DNA of 64,000 nt from positions 30,975-94,974 of the forward strand of contig JACKCD010000019.1 in NCBI GenBank assembly GCA_020634215.1, in the 5' to 3' direction. The notes under the pieces were generated by a model. That model did not search any database. It worked only from the letters and a program-made list of their open reading frames with translations, and had not been told where the DNA came from. Position numbers and translations under genes: made by a program. Of this stretch, positions 1-9,993 are shown piece by piece; the first letter of the stretch is position 1; each line of letters opens with the position of its first letter. This stretch comes from Ardenticatenaceae bacterium. GTDB taxonomy: Bacteria > Chloroflexota > Anaerolineae > Promineifilales > Promineifilaceae.

Positions 1-2258
1 GCCACATGAACAACCTTGCCGCCAGCGTCTTGGTGCTGGCCTTTGCCCGCAAAAGCAATAGACAAAATTTCGCCGTGCGCCCCTTCGCCCGTCATATAAA
101 CGGCCGGGTATTTCATCGTTACTTTGGAGTTGTGGACAATGAAACCTTGTGAGACAAAGTTGCCGGTCCCTTCTACTTCAATGTCCCAGGTAGGAACAAC
201 TTCGGTGGTTTCCGAAACGGTGACGGGGACAATTTCCACATCTTCACCGAGGGTGATGCTAGAACGGCCGATTTGCCGCCGCATGGTAAGTTTGGATAAC
301 GGCCGTTTTTCCGCCCGTTCTCGCAACCCCTCACTAATATACGGGTAGAGTCGTTCATCCACCATAAAGTCCAGGCGATGCGACCCATGCGCCGTACAAG
401 TCACCCCCATAATTTCTACTTGACGCGGCTCCATAAATTCGGTGTGTAAGCGCGGTGTAATGCCCAGCGAAACCAGCAGCGATGCTACATCTCCCAGCAG
501 CGGCTGATTAGCCGATTTCAGGCAAAAATACCGTTCTCGCACCAAACCATCGGCATCTAAATAGCCAGCTACAAACGCCAGCCGCTGCGATTCTGGCAGC
601 GACCAAACCCATTCTGGCACCCGTTTGCTAATCGCTTTGCCGCTAAACCCGTTCGCTTGGAAGAACTCAACCAATTCTTTACTATTCCAGGCCAGATGAA
701 CGCCGTCGGGTCGTTCTACAGGTTCTACATCAATCAAACCTGTCATTGTTTTAAGCAATTGAGGACGCGCTCGGTCTTGTTGGGGCGTGGAAAAACCAAC
801 CTTCCCCCACCGGATCATCTCTTCCGTTTTGCCTTGTTTGACCTCAATATTGCCGTCACCAACCCAGTAGCCAAACAGCCACATGATTTCATCAGTGGTC
901 ACTTCCCCCACATTCATTTTTGATGGCCGTGACCGTGTGGCCGTCAATTGCTCGGCATATTGATTGGAGGTAGTGAAGGTTGTTTCCAGTGCTGGCAAAA
1001 CCAGCGGGTGCGGCTGTCCATAATCCAACGATGTGCGCGGAATGATCGCTTCTCGCAGATGGTCAGCTCGTACATAAGCCAAACGATACCGTCCGGCCTT
1101 TTTAGCGGCCGTTTGATCATAAGCATACGAATAAAACGGGTGGTTAGCTGTCACATTGAGCTTCCGTTCCCCAACTGATACTGTATGAACCGGTTGATAG
1201 CCCGAAAATTTCTTGCCCAGTACCGTGCGGAAGCAAAGCTGTCCGGTTGCTTCATCGTAAGAAAGCACCTGATCTCCTGCCTCAAGGGCTTCAATTGGCA
1301 AAACACCCTCTGGAGTCGTCACCGTAGACCCCTCAGCCAAACAGCCTAAATTGCCGTCCACCCATTCCATCGTCGCCTTTTCTTCGGCCACAGCCCGTTT
1401 TGTCACCAAATTGTAGACGTTGTTCGACCAGTTCTGGATGGTGGTGTAGCGGCAGCGGCCACCCTTGCGGACGATGATTTCCACAACGGCCGAGTGCAGC
1501 GAGTCTGACGAGTAGATGGGCGCGGTGCAGCCTTCAACATAGTGGACATACGCCCCTTCATCCACAATAATGAGTGTACGCTCAAACTGTCCCACGTTTT
1601 TGGCGTTGATGCGGAAATAGGCTTGCAGCGGCATGTCAATGTGAACCCCTGGGGGAACATAGATAAAGCTGCCGCCTGACCAAACGGCCGTATTTAGCGC
1701 CGCAAACTTGTTGTCATTATAGGGGATGATCGTGCCAAAATATTCTTTGACCAGCTCGGGGTATTGTGCCAGCCCATCGTCCATCCCCAGGAAGACAACC
1801 CCTTTCTCCTCAAGTTCCTTCTTGATGTTGTGGTAAACCACTTCTGACTCATATTGAGCCGCTACTCCAGAGAGGAACTTTTGTTCAGCTTCAGGAATGC
1901 CAAGCTTATTAAAAGTATCTTTAATGTAGCTGGGAATATCTTCCCAATCATCGCCCTGCCGGTCGGCCGGCTTAATGTAGTAATAAATGTCGTCAAAATT
2001 AATGCCCGATAAGTCTGACCCCCAGTTGGGCATGGGGCGGCTGAGAAAATGTTGATAGGCCTTGAGGCGAATATCCAGCATCCATTCTGGCTCGTTTTTC
2101 ATCCGCGACATCATGCGGATCATTTCTTCATTCAGCCCTTTTTCGGCTTTGAAGACATAATCTTCCTTGTCGGCAAACCCATATTTTTCGGCGTAGTCGG
2201 CATTAACATCGGCAATAATTTCTTCTTCGGTTAATTCACGCTCAATCAATTCAGCCAT
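1..2258 (-). CDS. sufB: Fe-S cluster assembly protein SufB, 3' end cut by the window edge, interrupted in frame by an intein
   Basis: Manual minus-strand translation from ATG at 2258-2256: [28 protein letters not shown]...[12 protein letters not shown] / intein / [42 protein letters not shown]. The frame stays open to position 1. The start lies 2 nt after the sufC stop. Absent from the supplied ORF track because the frame runs off the window. Confidence 0.9.
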   Translation of the reverse strand, partial: MAELIERELTEEEIIADVNADYAEKYGFADKEDYVFKAEKGLNEEMIRMMSRMKNEPEWMLDIRLKAYQHFLSRPMPNWGSDLSGINFDDIYYYIKPADRQGDDWEDIPSYIKDTFNKLGIPEAEQKFLSGVAAQYESEVVYHNIKKELEEKGVVFLGMDDGLAQYPELVKEYFGTIIPYNDNKFAALNTAVWSGGSFIYVPPGVHIDMPLQAYFRINAKNVGQFERTLIIVDEGAYVHYVEGCTAPIYSSDSLHSAVVEIIVRKGGRCRYTTIQNWSNNVYNLVTKRAVAEEKATMEWVDGNLGCLAEGSTVTTPEGVLPIEALEAGDQVLSYDEATGQLCFRTVLGKKFSGYQPVHTVSVGERKLNVTANHPFYSYAYDQTAAKKAGRYRLAYVRADHLREAIIPRTSLDYGQPHPLVLPALETTFTTSNQYAEQLTATRSRPSKMNVGEVTTDEIMWLFGYWVGDGNIEVKQGKTEEMIRWGKVGFSTPQQDRARPQLLKTMTGLIDVEPVERPDGVHLAWNSKELVEFFQANGFSGKAISKRVPEWVWSLPESQRLAFVAGYLDADGLVRERYFCLKSANQPLLGDVASLLVSLGITPRLHTEFMEPRQVEIMGVTCTAHGSHRLDFMVDERLYPYISEGLRERAEKRPLSKLTMRRQIGRSSITLGEDVEIVPVTVSETTEVVPTWDIEVEGTGNFVSQGFIVHNSKVTMKYPAVYMTGEGAHGEILSIAFAGKGQHQDAGGKVVHV
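129..1343 (-). mobile_element. SufB intein (405 codons) with a LAGLIDADG homing-endonuclease domain
   Basis: Starts [20 protein letters not shown] (Cys1 codon at 1343-1341). Block B is NVTANHPFY. Two LAGLIDADG motifs: [11 protein letters not shown] and [13 protein letters not shown]-terminal block is [21 protein letters not shown] followed by extein +1 Ser (codon 128-126). Length 1215 nt, exactly 405 codons, in frame with the exteins. Confidence 0.85.
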
Positions 2259-2260
2259 TT

Positions 2261-3043
2261 TTATGCCTCCTCGGCAACGCCATGCTTTTCACGAATCCAG
2301 TCATAGCCACGTTCTTCCATGACCAGTGCCAGCTCAGGGCCACCGCTTTCCACAATACGGCCGTCTAGCATAATGTGGACATAATCTGGTTTGATGTAGT
2401 TGAGAATACGGTGGTAGTGGGTAATGACCAGCATCCCCATCCCGTAGGATTCCTTGAGTCGGTTGGCTCCTTCGGAAACCACCCGCAGCGCGTCAATGTC
2501 CAGCCCAGAATCGGTTTCGTCCATAATGGCGATCTTGGGTTCCAGCGTTGCCATCTGTAAAATCTCGGCTCGTTTCTTTTCGCCACCAGAGAACCCTTCA
2601 TTGAGGTAGCGGCCGGCAAATTTGTGGTCAATTCCTAGCAGATCCATCTTCTCTTTAAGCACGCGGCGGAACATGGGAATAGGAATTCCTGCGTCTTCCG
2701 GGTTTTCCCCTTTGCGCTTGGAGTTGATGGCCTGGCGCAGGAACTTGGCAAGGGTCACACCCGGCACGGCCGATGGATATTGGAAAGCCAGGAAAAGCCC
2801 AGCGCGGGCGCGTTCGTCTGCTTCCATTTCCAGCAAATCCTCGCCGTTGAAAATCACCTGCCCAGCGGTGGGTTCGTAAGCTGGATGACCAGCCAGTGTA
2901 TAGGCCAGGGTGCTTTTGCCGGAGCCGTTTGGCCCCATCATGGCGTGTACTTCGCCTTGCTTAATTAGCAGGTCAATTCCTTTTAAAATATGGGTTTCCC
3001 CCACATTAGCGTGCAAATTTTTGATTTCTAGTGCAGCACTCAT
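2261..3043 (-). CDS. sufC: Fe-S cluster assembly ATPase SufC
   Basis: 260 aa. Walker [13 protein letters not shown] signature FSGGEKKR, Walker [13 protein letters not shown]. Immediately upstream of sufB. Confidence 0.95.
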   Translation of the reverse strand: MSAALEIKNLHANVGETHILKGIDLLIKQGEVHAMMGPNGSGKSTLAYTLAGHPAYEPTAGQVIFNGEDLLEMEADERARAGLFLAFQYPSAVPGVTLAKFLRQAINSKRKGENPEDAGIPIPMFRRVLKEKMDLLGIDHKFAGRYLNEGFSGGEKKRAEILQMATLEPKIAIMDETDSGLDIDALRVVSEGANRLKESYGMGMLVITHYHRILNYIKPDYVHIMLDGRIVESGGPELALVMEERGYDWIREKHGVAEEA

Positions 3044-3167
3044 CTGATTCTACATCTCCTGTCGTGCGTGTTGAGTTCTTAGAATAGCAGCTAAAAGCTG
3101 TTCGTTAATTGTACAAAGTATAGACGGTACCTTTTCAAGGGGCGTTTACAAGGCTAAATTATAGCAA

Positions 3168-3920
3168 ATGGGTTGTTTTGCGTCAATATTTATGATAAAA
3201 ATGATAAAAATAGCGGAAATTGACAGGGGTATGACCGAATGCTATAATTTTTTGCGTTTGGTAGACAGGGATTGTATCGTGAAATTTGTTACAAGCAACA
3301 AAACGGGCACGCGCGATGTCGTGTTGCAAACCATAAAAGAATCGGGGCAGGTGACAGTTGAGGAGCTGGCGCAGGCGGCGGATGTTTCTCCTGTAACGGT
3401 GCGGCATCATGTCAATGTGTTGCAGGCGGAGGGGTTGATTGAAGCAACGGCCGTTCGTCGCAAAGTCGGCCGGCCTTATTACGTCTATGCTCTCAGCGAA
3501 AAAGGGCAAGAACTGTTCCCCAAACGGTACGTTAGCCTTACTAACCGTCTCCTTAGCGAACTCAAATCACGCTTGCCGGCGGACACCGTGGCCGAAATCT
3601 TCAAAGGTGTCGTAGACGGGGTCATTACCGAACACGAAGGCGCATTTGAGCATCTATCGCTGGAAGAAAAGCTCGACTATCTGGTGCAGCTTCTAGGCAA
3701 AGAAGGGTTCCTGGCACGCTGGGAGCGGGATGAAACTAGTTACAAGCTCATCGAATATAGCTGCCCCTACATTTCTGTTGGTTCCAAGCACAGTGACGTG
3801 TGCAACATTGACAAAGAACTCATGCTCAACGTACTGCAACTGCCCGTGCAGCAGCACAGCTGCATGTTAGAGGGCGCAGATTGCTGCGAATTTTCTGTAG
3901 CGGCAGAAACCATACGATAA
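3168..3920 (+). CDS. sufR: SufR-like winged-helix (ArsR/DeoR-type) Fe-S regulator; the true start is probably internal (e.g. GTG near 3279)
   Basis: HTH region VTVEELAQAADVSPVTVRHHVNVLQAEGLI. C-terminal Cys cluster CPYISVGSKHSDVC...HSCMLEGADCC. Divergent from sufCB. The N-terminal 35 or so residues of the listed ORF look non-native. Confidence 0.65.
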   Translation: MGCFASIFMIKMIKIAEIDRGMTECYNFLRLVDRDCIVKFVTSNKTGTRDVVLQTIKESGQVTVEELAQAADVSPVTVRHHVNVLQAEGLIEATAVRRKVGRPYYVYALSEKGQELFPKRYVSLTNRLLSELKSRLPADTVAEIFKGVVDGVITEHEGAFEHLSLEEKLDYLVQLLGKEGFLARWERDETSYKLIEYSCPYISVGSKHSDVCNIDKELMLNVLQLPVQQHSCMLEGADCCEFSVAAETIR

Positions 3921-3922
3921 GG

Positions 3923-4237
3923 ATGGAAAAAATGGTTATTAGCAAGGAAGAAGAATTAGTCGAAACATTGCGGGTTGTTATTGACCCCGAAATTGGCATG
4001 AACATTGTTGAGCTTGGTTTGGTTCGCAACATCGAGCTGAACGAAGAAGATGATTCTGCCAAAATCACCATGATTTTGACCACCCCCTTTTGCCCCTATG
4101 GCCCACAAATCATTGAGCAGGTACGAATGGTTGCCAACAACGTCATGTCCGGCGGCGTGACGGTGGAAATTGGTACCGAATTGTGGGATCCTTCCATGAT
4201 GGAAGAGGGAGCCGGTGGCGACTGGGGTCTCTTTTAG
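3923..4237 (+). CDS. DUF59/SufT-like (MIP18 family) Fe-S assembly protein
   Basis: MEKMVISKEEELVETLRVVIDPEIGMNIVELGLV...TTPFCPYG. The ATG at 3923 follows the sufR stop; the listed ORF start at 3881 overlaps sufR. Confidence 0.8.
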   Translation: MEKMVISKEEELVETLRVVIDPEIGMNIVELGLVRNIELNEEDDSAKITMILTTPFCPYGPQIIEQVRMVANNVMSGGVTVEIGTELWDPSMMEEGAGGDWGLF

Positions 4238-4250
4238 GACGCAAAAAAGA

Positions 4251-4288
4251 ACCGCCAACGCTTACATCCACAGCGTTGGCGGTTTTTC
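4251..4288 (+). terminator. Rho-independent terminator hairpin between convergent genes
   Basis: ACCGCCAACGC (4251-4261) pairs with GCGTTGGCGGT (4273-4283), followed by TTTTT. An A-run precedes it, so it may act in both directions. Confidence 0.7.
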
Positions 4289-4312
4289 TTTGCCAATACA
4301 CCTCCAATACCG

Positions 4313-6055
4313 TTACTTAACGCTATCTGGCTTTGCTTCAATTAGCTCATACCAAACGTGAATTTTTGCCTGCCCGTGGCTTTCAAAGTAATCAACGTAG
4401 AGCGTGTGTTCCCCATCAAGGAAGAGATCAATGGCGTAGGGAGCGGAGCCATCATTGGAATGCCACTCGTCAATGACCTGTAAGTTGTCCACGGCGACCC
4501 GCACGCCATCATCCGCTTGGGCGTAGAGGCGATAGATGCCGGGGGTGAAAGTGAGCGTGCGTACCCAGCGAGCCGAGAATTCGTCGGTGGGCAGAGCCGG
4601 GAAGGGGGCCTGTTCGCCCCAGTTGAAATCAATGTCGGTGTCGTTGCGGACAAAAGCAGGCGTACCGGCCAAATATCTGTTGGCCCAATATTCACCGCGC
4701 CAGTCGGTATAGGGGGTTGTTTCTTCCCACCACAGTTGAATTTGGGCAATGCCCTGGGCTTCATAAAACTCTACCTGGATGAAGTGATTGCCGGCCGTCA
4801 GAGCAACATCAGCAGTGTAGGTGCTGCCATCGGCATCGTGCCATTCATTCAGCCGCAGTACGCTGTCAATCCAAAGCCGAACGCCGTCGTCGCTGTGGAC
4901 ATAGAAGCGGTAGTCACCTTCGGCAAAGTACAAGCTGCGCGTCCAGCGTGCCGAGAAGTTGTCGGCAGGTAGGGCAACTGCTGGTGGGTCAAAACCCCAG
5001 TTGAAATCAACGCCCGTATCATCACGAACCAACCCCGGTGTGCCACTGAGCGAGCTGTTGGCAAAGTATTCGCCGCGCCAGTTGTAGATGGTGGGCACGG
5101 GAACCGGTGTGGGTGTGGGGGTAGGCGGTGACGGTACAACGATGCGGACGTAGCACCGTTCGCCAACGGCCGTTCCGTTGGGCAACCTCAGCGACCAGTA
5201 GCCAGTGTAGGTACCGGGGGTGCTGGGGGCAATCAGATAAACGGAAACGTCAGCCGTTTCTCTAGGATTGGTGGCGGCAACGGGGATAGAAGTGGAGCCG
5301 CTCATCAGGTTGCCAGCGATAAAGACCCAACTGGTTCCGGCCGGCCAGGCGCAGTTGCCGCTGTTGCGGATACGCCAGGTTTTGAGGAAGCCAACGCCCG
5401 GTTGTACGGTGGTGTCATCGGGAATGCTCATGTCGGCAACAAAGTCCATGTCATAGGTGCAGGTTGGGGTTGGGATGGGTGTCGGGGTGGGAGTAGGGGT
5501 TGCCGTGGCCGTGGGAATGGGAGTAGGGGTGGGTGTAGGCGGCAGAGTAGCGACTTCGGTGGGGGGAATGGGTTGGGATTGGAGAGCAAAAACGGCCGTT
5601 GCTGCTCGTTCGCTGCTGGTGGACTGGGCGACAATGTGAACATCGGGCAAGCTGCGCCATTCAATATCGGTGGGGAACGTAAACGAAACAAAGAACAGCC
5701 CCGTTTCGTTGGCCGTTGCTTGGGCAATGACGGGTGGCTCACTGTTGCTGCCCAGATCATCCAGATAAAGCTGTACGGTCTCATTGGCTGCCCAGCCGGT
5801 ACCCCAAACGGCAATATTGATGCCAGCACTGCCGCTGGTGGGCGAAATCTGGATTTTTTGTTCGGTGGTGATGGCTGCGCTGCTAGGAACGGCCGTTGCC
5901 ACAGGTGCTGGCGCAAACAAACTATCCCACTGCTGGATGAGCATGGTCAGGACGATGCTCAGCAAGACAAACAGGACAGTCAGCAGCAATGCCCAGCCCC
6001 AGGGGAAGCCAAAACGGCCGTTTTGTTCACTGTGTGGTAAACGATTGGTTGTCAA
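4313..6055 (-). CDS. Membrane-anchored secreted protein: N-terminal TM anchor, Pro/Thr linkers, NBR1-like Ig domain, two PA14 domains
   Basis: 580 aa, TTG start with GGAGGGA RBS. Anchor QNGRFGFPWGWALLLTVLFVLL. PTPTPTP linkers. Two repeats of WRGEY(F/W)AN...DFNWG...FSARW...DDGVR typical of PA14. Confidence 0.75.
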   Translation of the reverse strand: MTTNRLPHSEQNGRFGFPWGWALLLTVLFVLLSIVLTMLIQQWDSLFAPAPVATAVPSSAAITTEQKIQISPTSGSAGINIAVWGTGWAANETVQLYLDDLGSNSEPPVIAQATANETGLFFVSFTFPTDIEWRSLPDVHIVAQSTSSERAATAVFALQSQPIPPTEVATLPPTPTPTPIPTATATPTPTPTPIPTPTCTYDMDFVADMSIPDDTTVQPGVGFLKTWRIRNSGNCAWPAGTSWVFIAGNLMSGSTSIPVAATNPRETADVSVYLIAPSTPGTYTGYWSLRLPNGTAVGERCYVRIVVPSPPTPTPTPVPVPTIYNWRGEYFANSSLSGTPGLVRDDTGVDFNWGFDPPAVALPADNFSARWTRSLYFAEGDYRFYVHSDDGVRLWIDSVLRLNEWHDADGSTYTADVALTAGNHFIQVEFYEAQGIAQIQLWWEETTPYTDWRGEYWANRYLAGTPAFVRNDTDIDFNWGEQAPFPALPTDEFSARWVRTLTFTPGIYRLYAQADDGVRVAVDNLQVIDEWHSNDGSAPYAIDLFLDGEHTLYVDYFESHGQAKIHVWYELIEAKPDSVK

Positions 6056-6242
6056 CGCTCGTCCCTCCGAGCGGAGGAAGGAATTTTACTTCCGTGCGCT
6101 CAATAACTTGTGGGTGTTGATAGGAAGTAGCTGTGGAGGGAGAAGAGGCAAGAACGGTAAACTTGTTCACAGCGGATCAACCTCTGACCGCGAAGCCTAC
6201 CAAGCCCACCTTTATTATGCGACAGAAAACACCTTCCTTCTA

Positions 6243-6256
6243 GTGACGAAGTTCAC
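6243..6256 (-). promoter_or_regulatory. Candidate CRP/FNR-type operator (GTGA-N6-TCAC) with a -10-like hexamer 23 nt downstream
   Basis: Minus-strand GTGAACTTCGTCAC, then 23 nt, then CATAAT (6219-6214). Sits inside a 44-nt box conserved with 8087-8130. Confidence 0.4.
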
Positions 6257-6288
6257 CTGGGAACCATGTCGTTTGCCACTATTTTCTT

Positions 6289-8001
6289 TCATTCTGGTTT
6301 TCTAGCGGGGAGTGGCTGCAAAATGAGATTAACGGCCGTTAATTCCCCCAACTCTACCCTGGCACTCACGGAAACGGTGTTGTAGCCTTTGACTGAGCTA
6401 GTGAGGGTATACTGCCCAGCCAGCAGTGGCAGATTGAATTGTCCGCTGGCATCGCTGATGACTTGAACCGTTGCCCCATTGGGCGTGGTCAATGCTAGGG
6501 GTGCTTCCGGCAGCGGCACACCGTCGGCATATAGGGTGCCTTGCAGCCGCCCGGTGAGCATTTGGCTGGCAACGGCGGCGTAGGCATCTAGCCGACCGCA
6601 GCCGCTGATGCAGGTGGTTGGCATAACGGCCGTTTGTGTTAGCACATCAATCAGTTCCTCAGGCAATAAGGTGGGGTTGGCTGACAGCAGTAGTGCTGCT
6701 GCGCCGCTGACGTGGGGTGCCGCCATCGAAGTACCAAAAAAGGTGCGGTATTGGTTGTTGGGGTAGGTGGAATAAACGGCCGTTCCCGGTGCCATTAACT
6801 CCGGTTTGTTATCGTCGGTAAAGTTGGAAGAGCCACGGCTGGAAAACCAAACCATCGTATCGCCCACATCGCAAGCACCAACGGCCAGAACAGTGCCATA
6901 GCTGGCCGGTGCGCCAATAGCCGTTGGCAGTGGGCCACTGTTGCCACTGGCAAAGATAGGCAAAATGCCACCTGCTTTTAGTGCTACTAAATCAGGTGCA
7001 AAAAGGGTGAGATCGGCCGCGCCCGACCAGGAACCGTTGACAATATCAGGAGCCAGGCTGGGGTCGCTGTTAGGTGCCAGCAGCCATTCAAACCCGGCGT
7101 GAACGGCACTGGTGACAATGAGATTGTCGGCATTGGTGATGTTGACGGCAATCCAGCGGGCGGCGGGAGCTACACCGATGCCATCTTGCCCAACGGCCGT
7201 TCCCGCCACGTGCGTTCCATGCCCCATCACATCAGTCGGTTCGCGTAGCGACTGATTGGCCGGGGAATACCAACTAGCGCGGTGGTCAACGGTGCCGTTG
7301 GGGTTCAAGCCACGATAAGTAGGACGAAGTTGGGGATGGTTCCAATCCACGCCGCTGTCCATGATGGCAACCACCACCCCTTCGCCGCGCACGCCCAGCC
7401 CTTCCCACACCAACGGTGCGCCGACGTGCTGTACGCCCCAGGTAGGCAAGGTTTGGTCATCGGTGAAGATGGCGTGGGGCAGGCTGATGCTGTCAGGAGG
7501 GGCAAAGCCGCTAAAGGTAAGATCGGGCACAATAGCCCCGACGCTGGGCAGGGAGGCGATGAGGGGCAGAATGGTTGGGTCAACGGTGGCGGCAATGGCG
7601 TTGATGATCCAAAAGGGACGAATATTATCGGCCAAGCCAAGCCGTTTTTGTTGGGTGAGCAGGTTGAGTAGCGGTGTTTGCGTGGAAACGGCCGTTTTTT
7701 GCAAGCCGTCAATGATAATCTGTCGCCGTTCCGTTTTATCGTTTGGCAGTTTGGTTGAGTCTATGCTTGTTTGCCGCGCCAGGTAGATGATAATGGGGGT
7801 AGGGTCGGTAGCTTGAGCCAGGGCGGACGCATATTTGTTGGTGCTAGATGAAACGGCCGTTTGTTCAGTCGCCAGCCAATTTTCCACCCGCTGCACGATG
7901 GCCGAAGCGGTTAGCCCCAGCAGTAGCAACAGTACTACCCAGCCCCATGGAAAGTAAAAACGGCCGTTTTGATTAGCTTGCGGTACAGTGTGAGTTGTCA
8001 T
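6289..8001 (-). CDS. Subtilisin-like S8 serine protease with N-terminal TM anchor, I9-like propeptide and C-terminal CarboxypepD_reg-like domain
   Basis: 570 aa. Catalytic triad motifs AIMDSGVD (Asp), HGTHVAGT (His), GTSMAAPHVSG (Ser). Anchor QNGRFYFPWGWVVLLLLL. Confidence 0.9.
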   Translation of the reverse strand: MTTHTVPQANQNGRFYFPWGWVVLLLLLGLTASAIVQRVENWLATEQTAVSSSTNKYASALAQATDPTPIIIYLARQTSIDSTKLPNDKTERRQIIIDGLQKTAVSTQTPLLNLLTQQKRLGLADNIRPFWIINAIAATVDPTILPLIASLPSVGAIVPDLTFSGFAPPDSISLPHAIFTDDQTLPTWGVQHVGAPLVWEGLGVRGEGVVVAIMDSGVDWNHPQLRPTYRGLNPNGTVDHRASWYSPANQSLREPTDVMGHGTHVAGTAVGQDGIGVAPAARWIAVNITNADNLIVTSAVHAGFEWLLAPNSDPSLAPDIVNGSWSGAADLTLFAPDLVALKAGGILPIFASGNSGPLPTAIGAPASYGTVLAVGACDVGDTMVWFSSRGSSNFTDDNKPELMAPGTAVYSTYPNNQYRTFFGTSMAAPHVSGAAALLLSANPTLLPEELIDVLTQTAVMPTTCISGCGRLDAYAAVASQMLTGRLQGTLYADGVPLPEAPLALTTPNGATVQVISDASGQFNLPLLAGQYTLTSSVKGYNTVSVSARVELGELTAVNLILQPLPARKPE

Positions 8002-8089
8002 CGCTCATCCCTCCGAGGCTGGAAATAAGCCTACGTATAAACCTATCCCAGTCACTTTCTAGTATGGTTCAAAACAAGATTGGCTTCTA

Positions 8090-8103
8090 GTGACAAATTT
8101 CAC
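8090..8103 (-). promoter_or_regulatory. Candidate CRP/FNR-type operator (GTGA-N6-TCAC) with a -10-like hexamer 23 nt downstream
   Basis: Minus-strand GTGAAATTTGTCAC, then 23 nt, then CATACT (8066-8061). Same spacing as the 6243 site. Lies in the divergent region shared with the 8185 gene. Confidence 0.4.
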
Positions 8104-8184
8104 CTGTGACTCGTGTCGTTTGCCACTATTGCGCTGGCCTGTGACTGATTATTGTGTTGGTATGGGGCATTGTGTAAATGATCA

Positions 8185-9993
8185 TTGGCGCATATTCAAG
8201 CTGCTGGCAATCATTTAGGTTTCAACCCTGCTTCCCCAAATAATGACAAAAATGGAGTTGTGGTGATGCAACAAAAAGTGTTGGCCTTTGATTATGATGG
8301 CACGCTGGCTGAGAACGGCCAGGTTCCTGCCGCCCTGTGCCACGTGCTAGAACAGTTAAAACTGGCGGGTTGTGTTCTCTTTCTCGTCACCGGGCGACGG
8401 TATGCCAGCTTGGATTTGGGGTCACTGGCGGATTTATTCACCGGCATTGCCTGGGAAAATGGTGCCGTGCTGGAACACATGGCAAGTCAGGAGCTATACC
8501 TTCCTTTTGGTCATGTTGATGCGCGGCTGATTCGGGCGCTGGAAAAAACGGATATGCCTTTGGAGCGTGGCGTTGCTATTGCTTCCACCTGGATAGACCA
8601 CGAGGCTGTGGTGTGGCAGCTTCTGGCCGAAACGGGCAGTGATGTGGTTATTGTCCACAACAAAGGTGCCTTGATGATTTTACCACCGGGCGCATCAAAA
8701 GGTACCGGGCTGGTGCGCTTGCTGGAGCTGTGTGGCTTTTCACCGCGCAATGTTGCCTGTTTTGGCGATGGCGAGAACGATTTGGCACTTTTCCAGGTGT
8801 GTGAAGTTGGGATTGCTGTAGCCGATGCCGTACCCAGTTTGTTGAGCGTGGCCGACATGGTGGCAGAGAAGCCGGGGCCGGCCGGTGTGCAGCATACTTT
8901 GGAAACCTATTGGCAAAACGGCCGTTTGTTAACCACCCCCACCCGACCTGAACGCGCCATCCTGCTTGGCACCGACGAAAACGGCAAGGCCGTTTCCCTG
9001 CCCGGTGCCATGCTCACCAACAGCAACATCGGCATTTTTGGCGATTCCCACAGCGGCAAATCCTGGGTAACAGGCCTGCTGGCCGAAGGCATGCACGTGG
9101 CTGGCTATCAGGTTTTGCTCCTTGACCCCGAAGGAGATTTTCGCGGTCTTAGCAGCTTGCCGGGGATCATTGCCCTAAGCGGCGACAAAAATACGCTGCC
9201 CACGCCTGCCACCGTGGTCTTGCTGCTGGCCGAAGCCTCCAACTCCGTTGTGTTAGACCTGTGTCAATACCCACACGAGCAGCGCGGGGACTATCTGGTT
9301 GAGCTGTTCCATGCGCTGCAGCCGCTTAAAAAACACAGATTTCGCCCCCAGTGGATTGTACTGGAAGAAGCCCAGTATTTTTTGCCACCCAACGGTAATG
9401 ATGTATCGGCTGCCCTGCTCCCCATGCTGGCAGATGGCGGCTTGGCTTTTGTCTCCTATCGTCCAGACCGCTTAGACAAACAGATACTAGCTATGCTAAC
9501 CTGCTGCCTTGTTTCGCGGTTGACCGAGAGGGAGGCGCTGGAGGCCATTTCATCTATTGCTCATCTGCCAGATGTAGAGGCTCTAGCCCAAACGCCTAAC
9601 AGCCACATCTGGCTTTGCGGGCAGCAGCAGGTGCGGCTGCGCCCGTCGGCACGGCGCATTCCCCACATTCGGCACCTGTACAAATATCTAGACATGCCGC
9701 TGCCCAAGCACAAGCGTTTTTACTTCCGCACCGACAAGACCTATTTGGGTATTGAGGCCGCCAGTCTTTTTGAATTTAAAGAACTGCTGCTGCAACTGCC
9801 AATGGAATGCCTCATTTACCATCATCGGCGTGACGATTTTGCCAACTGGGTCAGAAGTGCGTTGGATGATGACATTCTTGCTCGACATCTTGAAACTTTA
9901 ACCCATCGGCAGGAGTTGACGGGTGAGGCACTGCGCCAGGCACTGTGGCAATGCGTCATGGCTCGCTATGTGGAGCTAAGCACCCTGCGCTAA
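8185..9993 (+). CDS. Fusion protein: HAD-IIB (Cof-type) phosphatase domain plus HerA/DUF87-like P-loop ATPase plus an unassigned C-terminal domain; likely start at ATG 8266
   Basis: HAD motif I FDYDGTL and motif IV FGDGENDL. Walker A GDSHSGKS. Walker B-like WIVLEEAQYF. The C-terminal 100 or so aa (LFEFKELLLQLPMECLIYHHRRDDFANWV) were not recognised. Confidence 0.65.
   Translation: MAHIQAAGNHLGFNPASPNNDKNGVVVMQQKVLAFDYDGTLAENGQVPAALCHVLEQLKLAGCVLFLVTGRRYASLDLGSLADLFTGIAWENGAVLEHMASQELYLPFGHVDARLIRALEKTDMPLERGVAIASTWIDHEAVVWQLLAETGSDVVIVHNKGALMILPPGASKGTGLVRLLELCGFSPRNVACFGDGENDLALFQVCEVGIAVADAVPSLLSVADMVAEKPGPAGVQHTLETYWQNGRLLTTPTRPERAILLGTDENGKAVSLPGAMLTNSNIGIFGDSHSGKSWVTGLLAEGMHVAGYQVLLLDPEGDFRGLSSLPGIIALSGDKNTLPTPATVVLLLAEASNSVVLDLCQYPHEQRGDYLVELFHALQPLKKHRFRPQWIVLEEAQYFLPPNGNDVSAALLPMLADGGLAFVSYRPDRLDKQILAMLTCCLVSRLTEREALEAISSIAHLPDVEALAQTPNSHIWLCGQQQVRLRPSARRIPHIRHLYKYLDMPLPKHKRFYFRTDKTYLGIEAASLFEFKELLLQLPMECLIYHHRRDDFANWVRSALDDDILARHLETLTHRQELTGEALRQALWQCVMARYVELSTLR

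Noticed and set aside
3168-3278. The N-terminal 37 residues of the listed sufR ORF (MGCFASIFMIKMIKIAEI...)
   Set aside because: This is an AT-rich region with promoter-like composition between divergent genes. SufR-type proteins start a few residues before the HTH, so an internal start is more likely.
5402-6040. Plus-strand ORFs (212 aa, 60 aa GVGVGV-rich) opposite the PA14 gene
   Set aside because: They are antisense to the Pro/Thr linker and anchor of the minus-strand gene and are low complexity.
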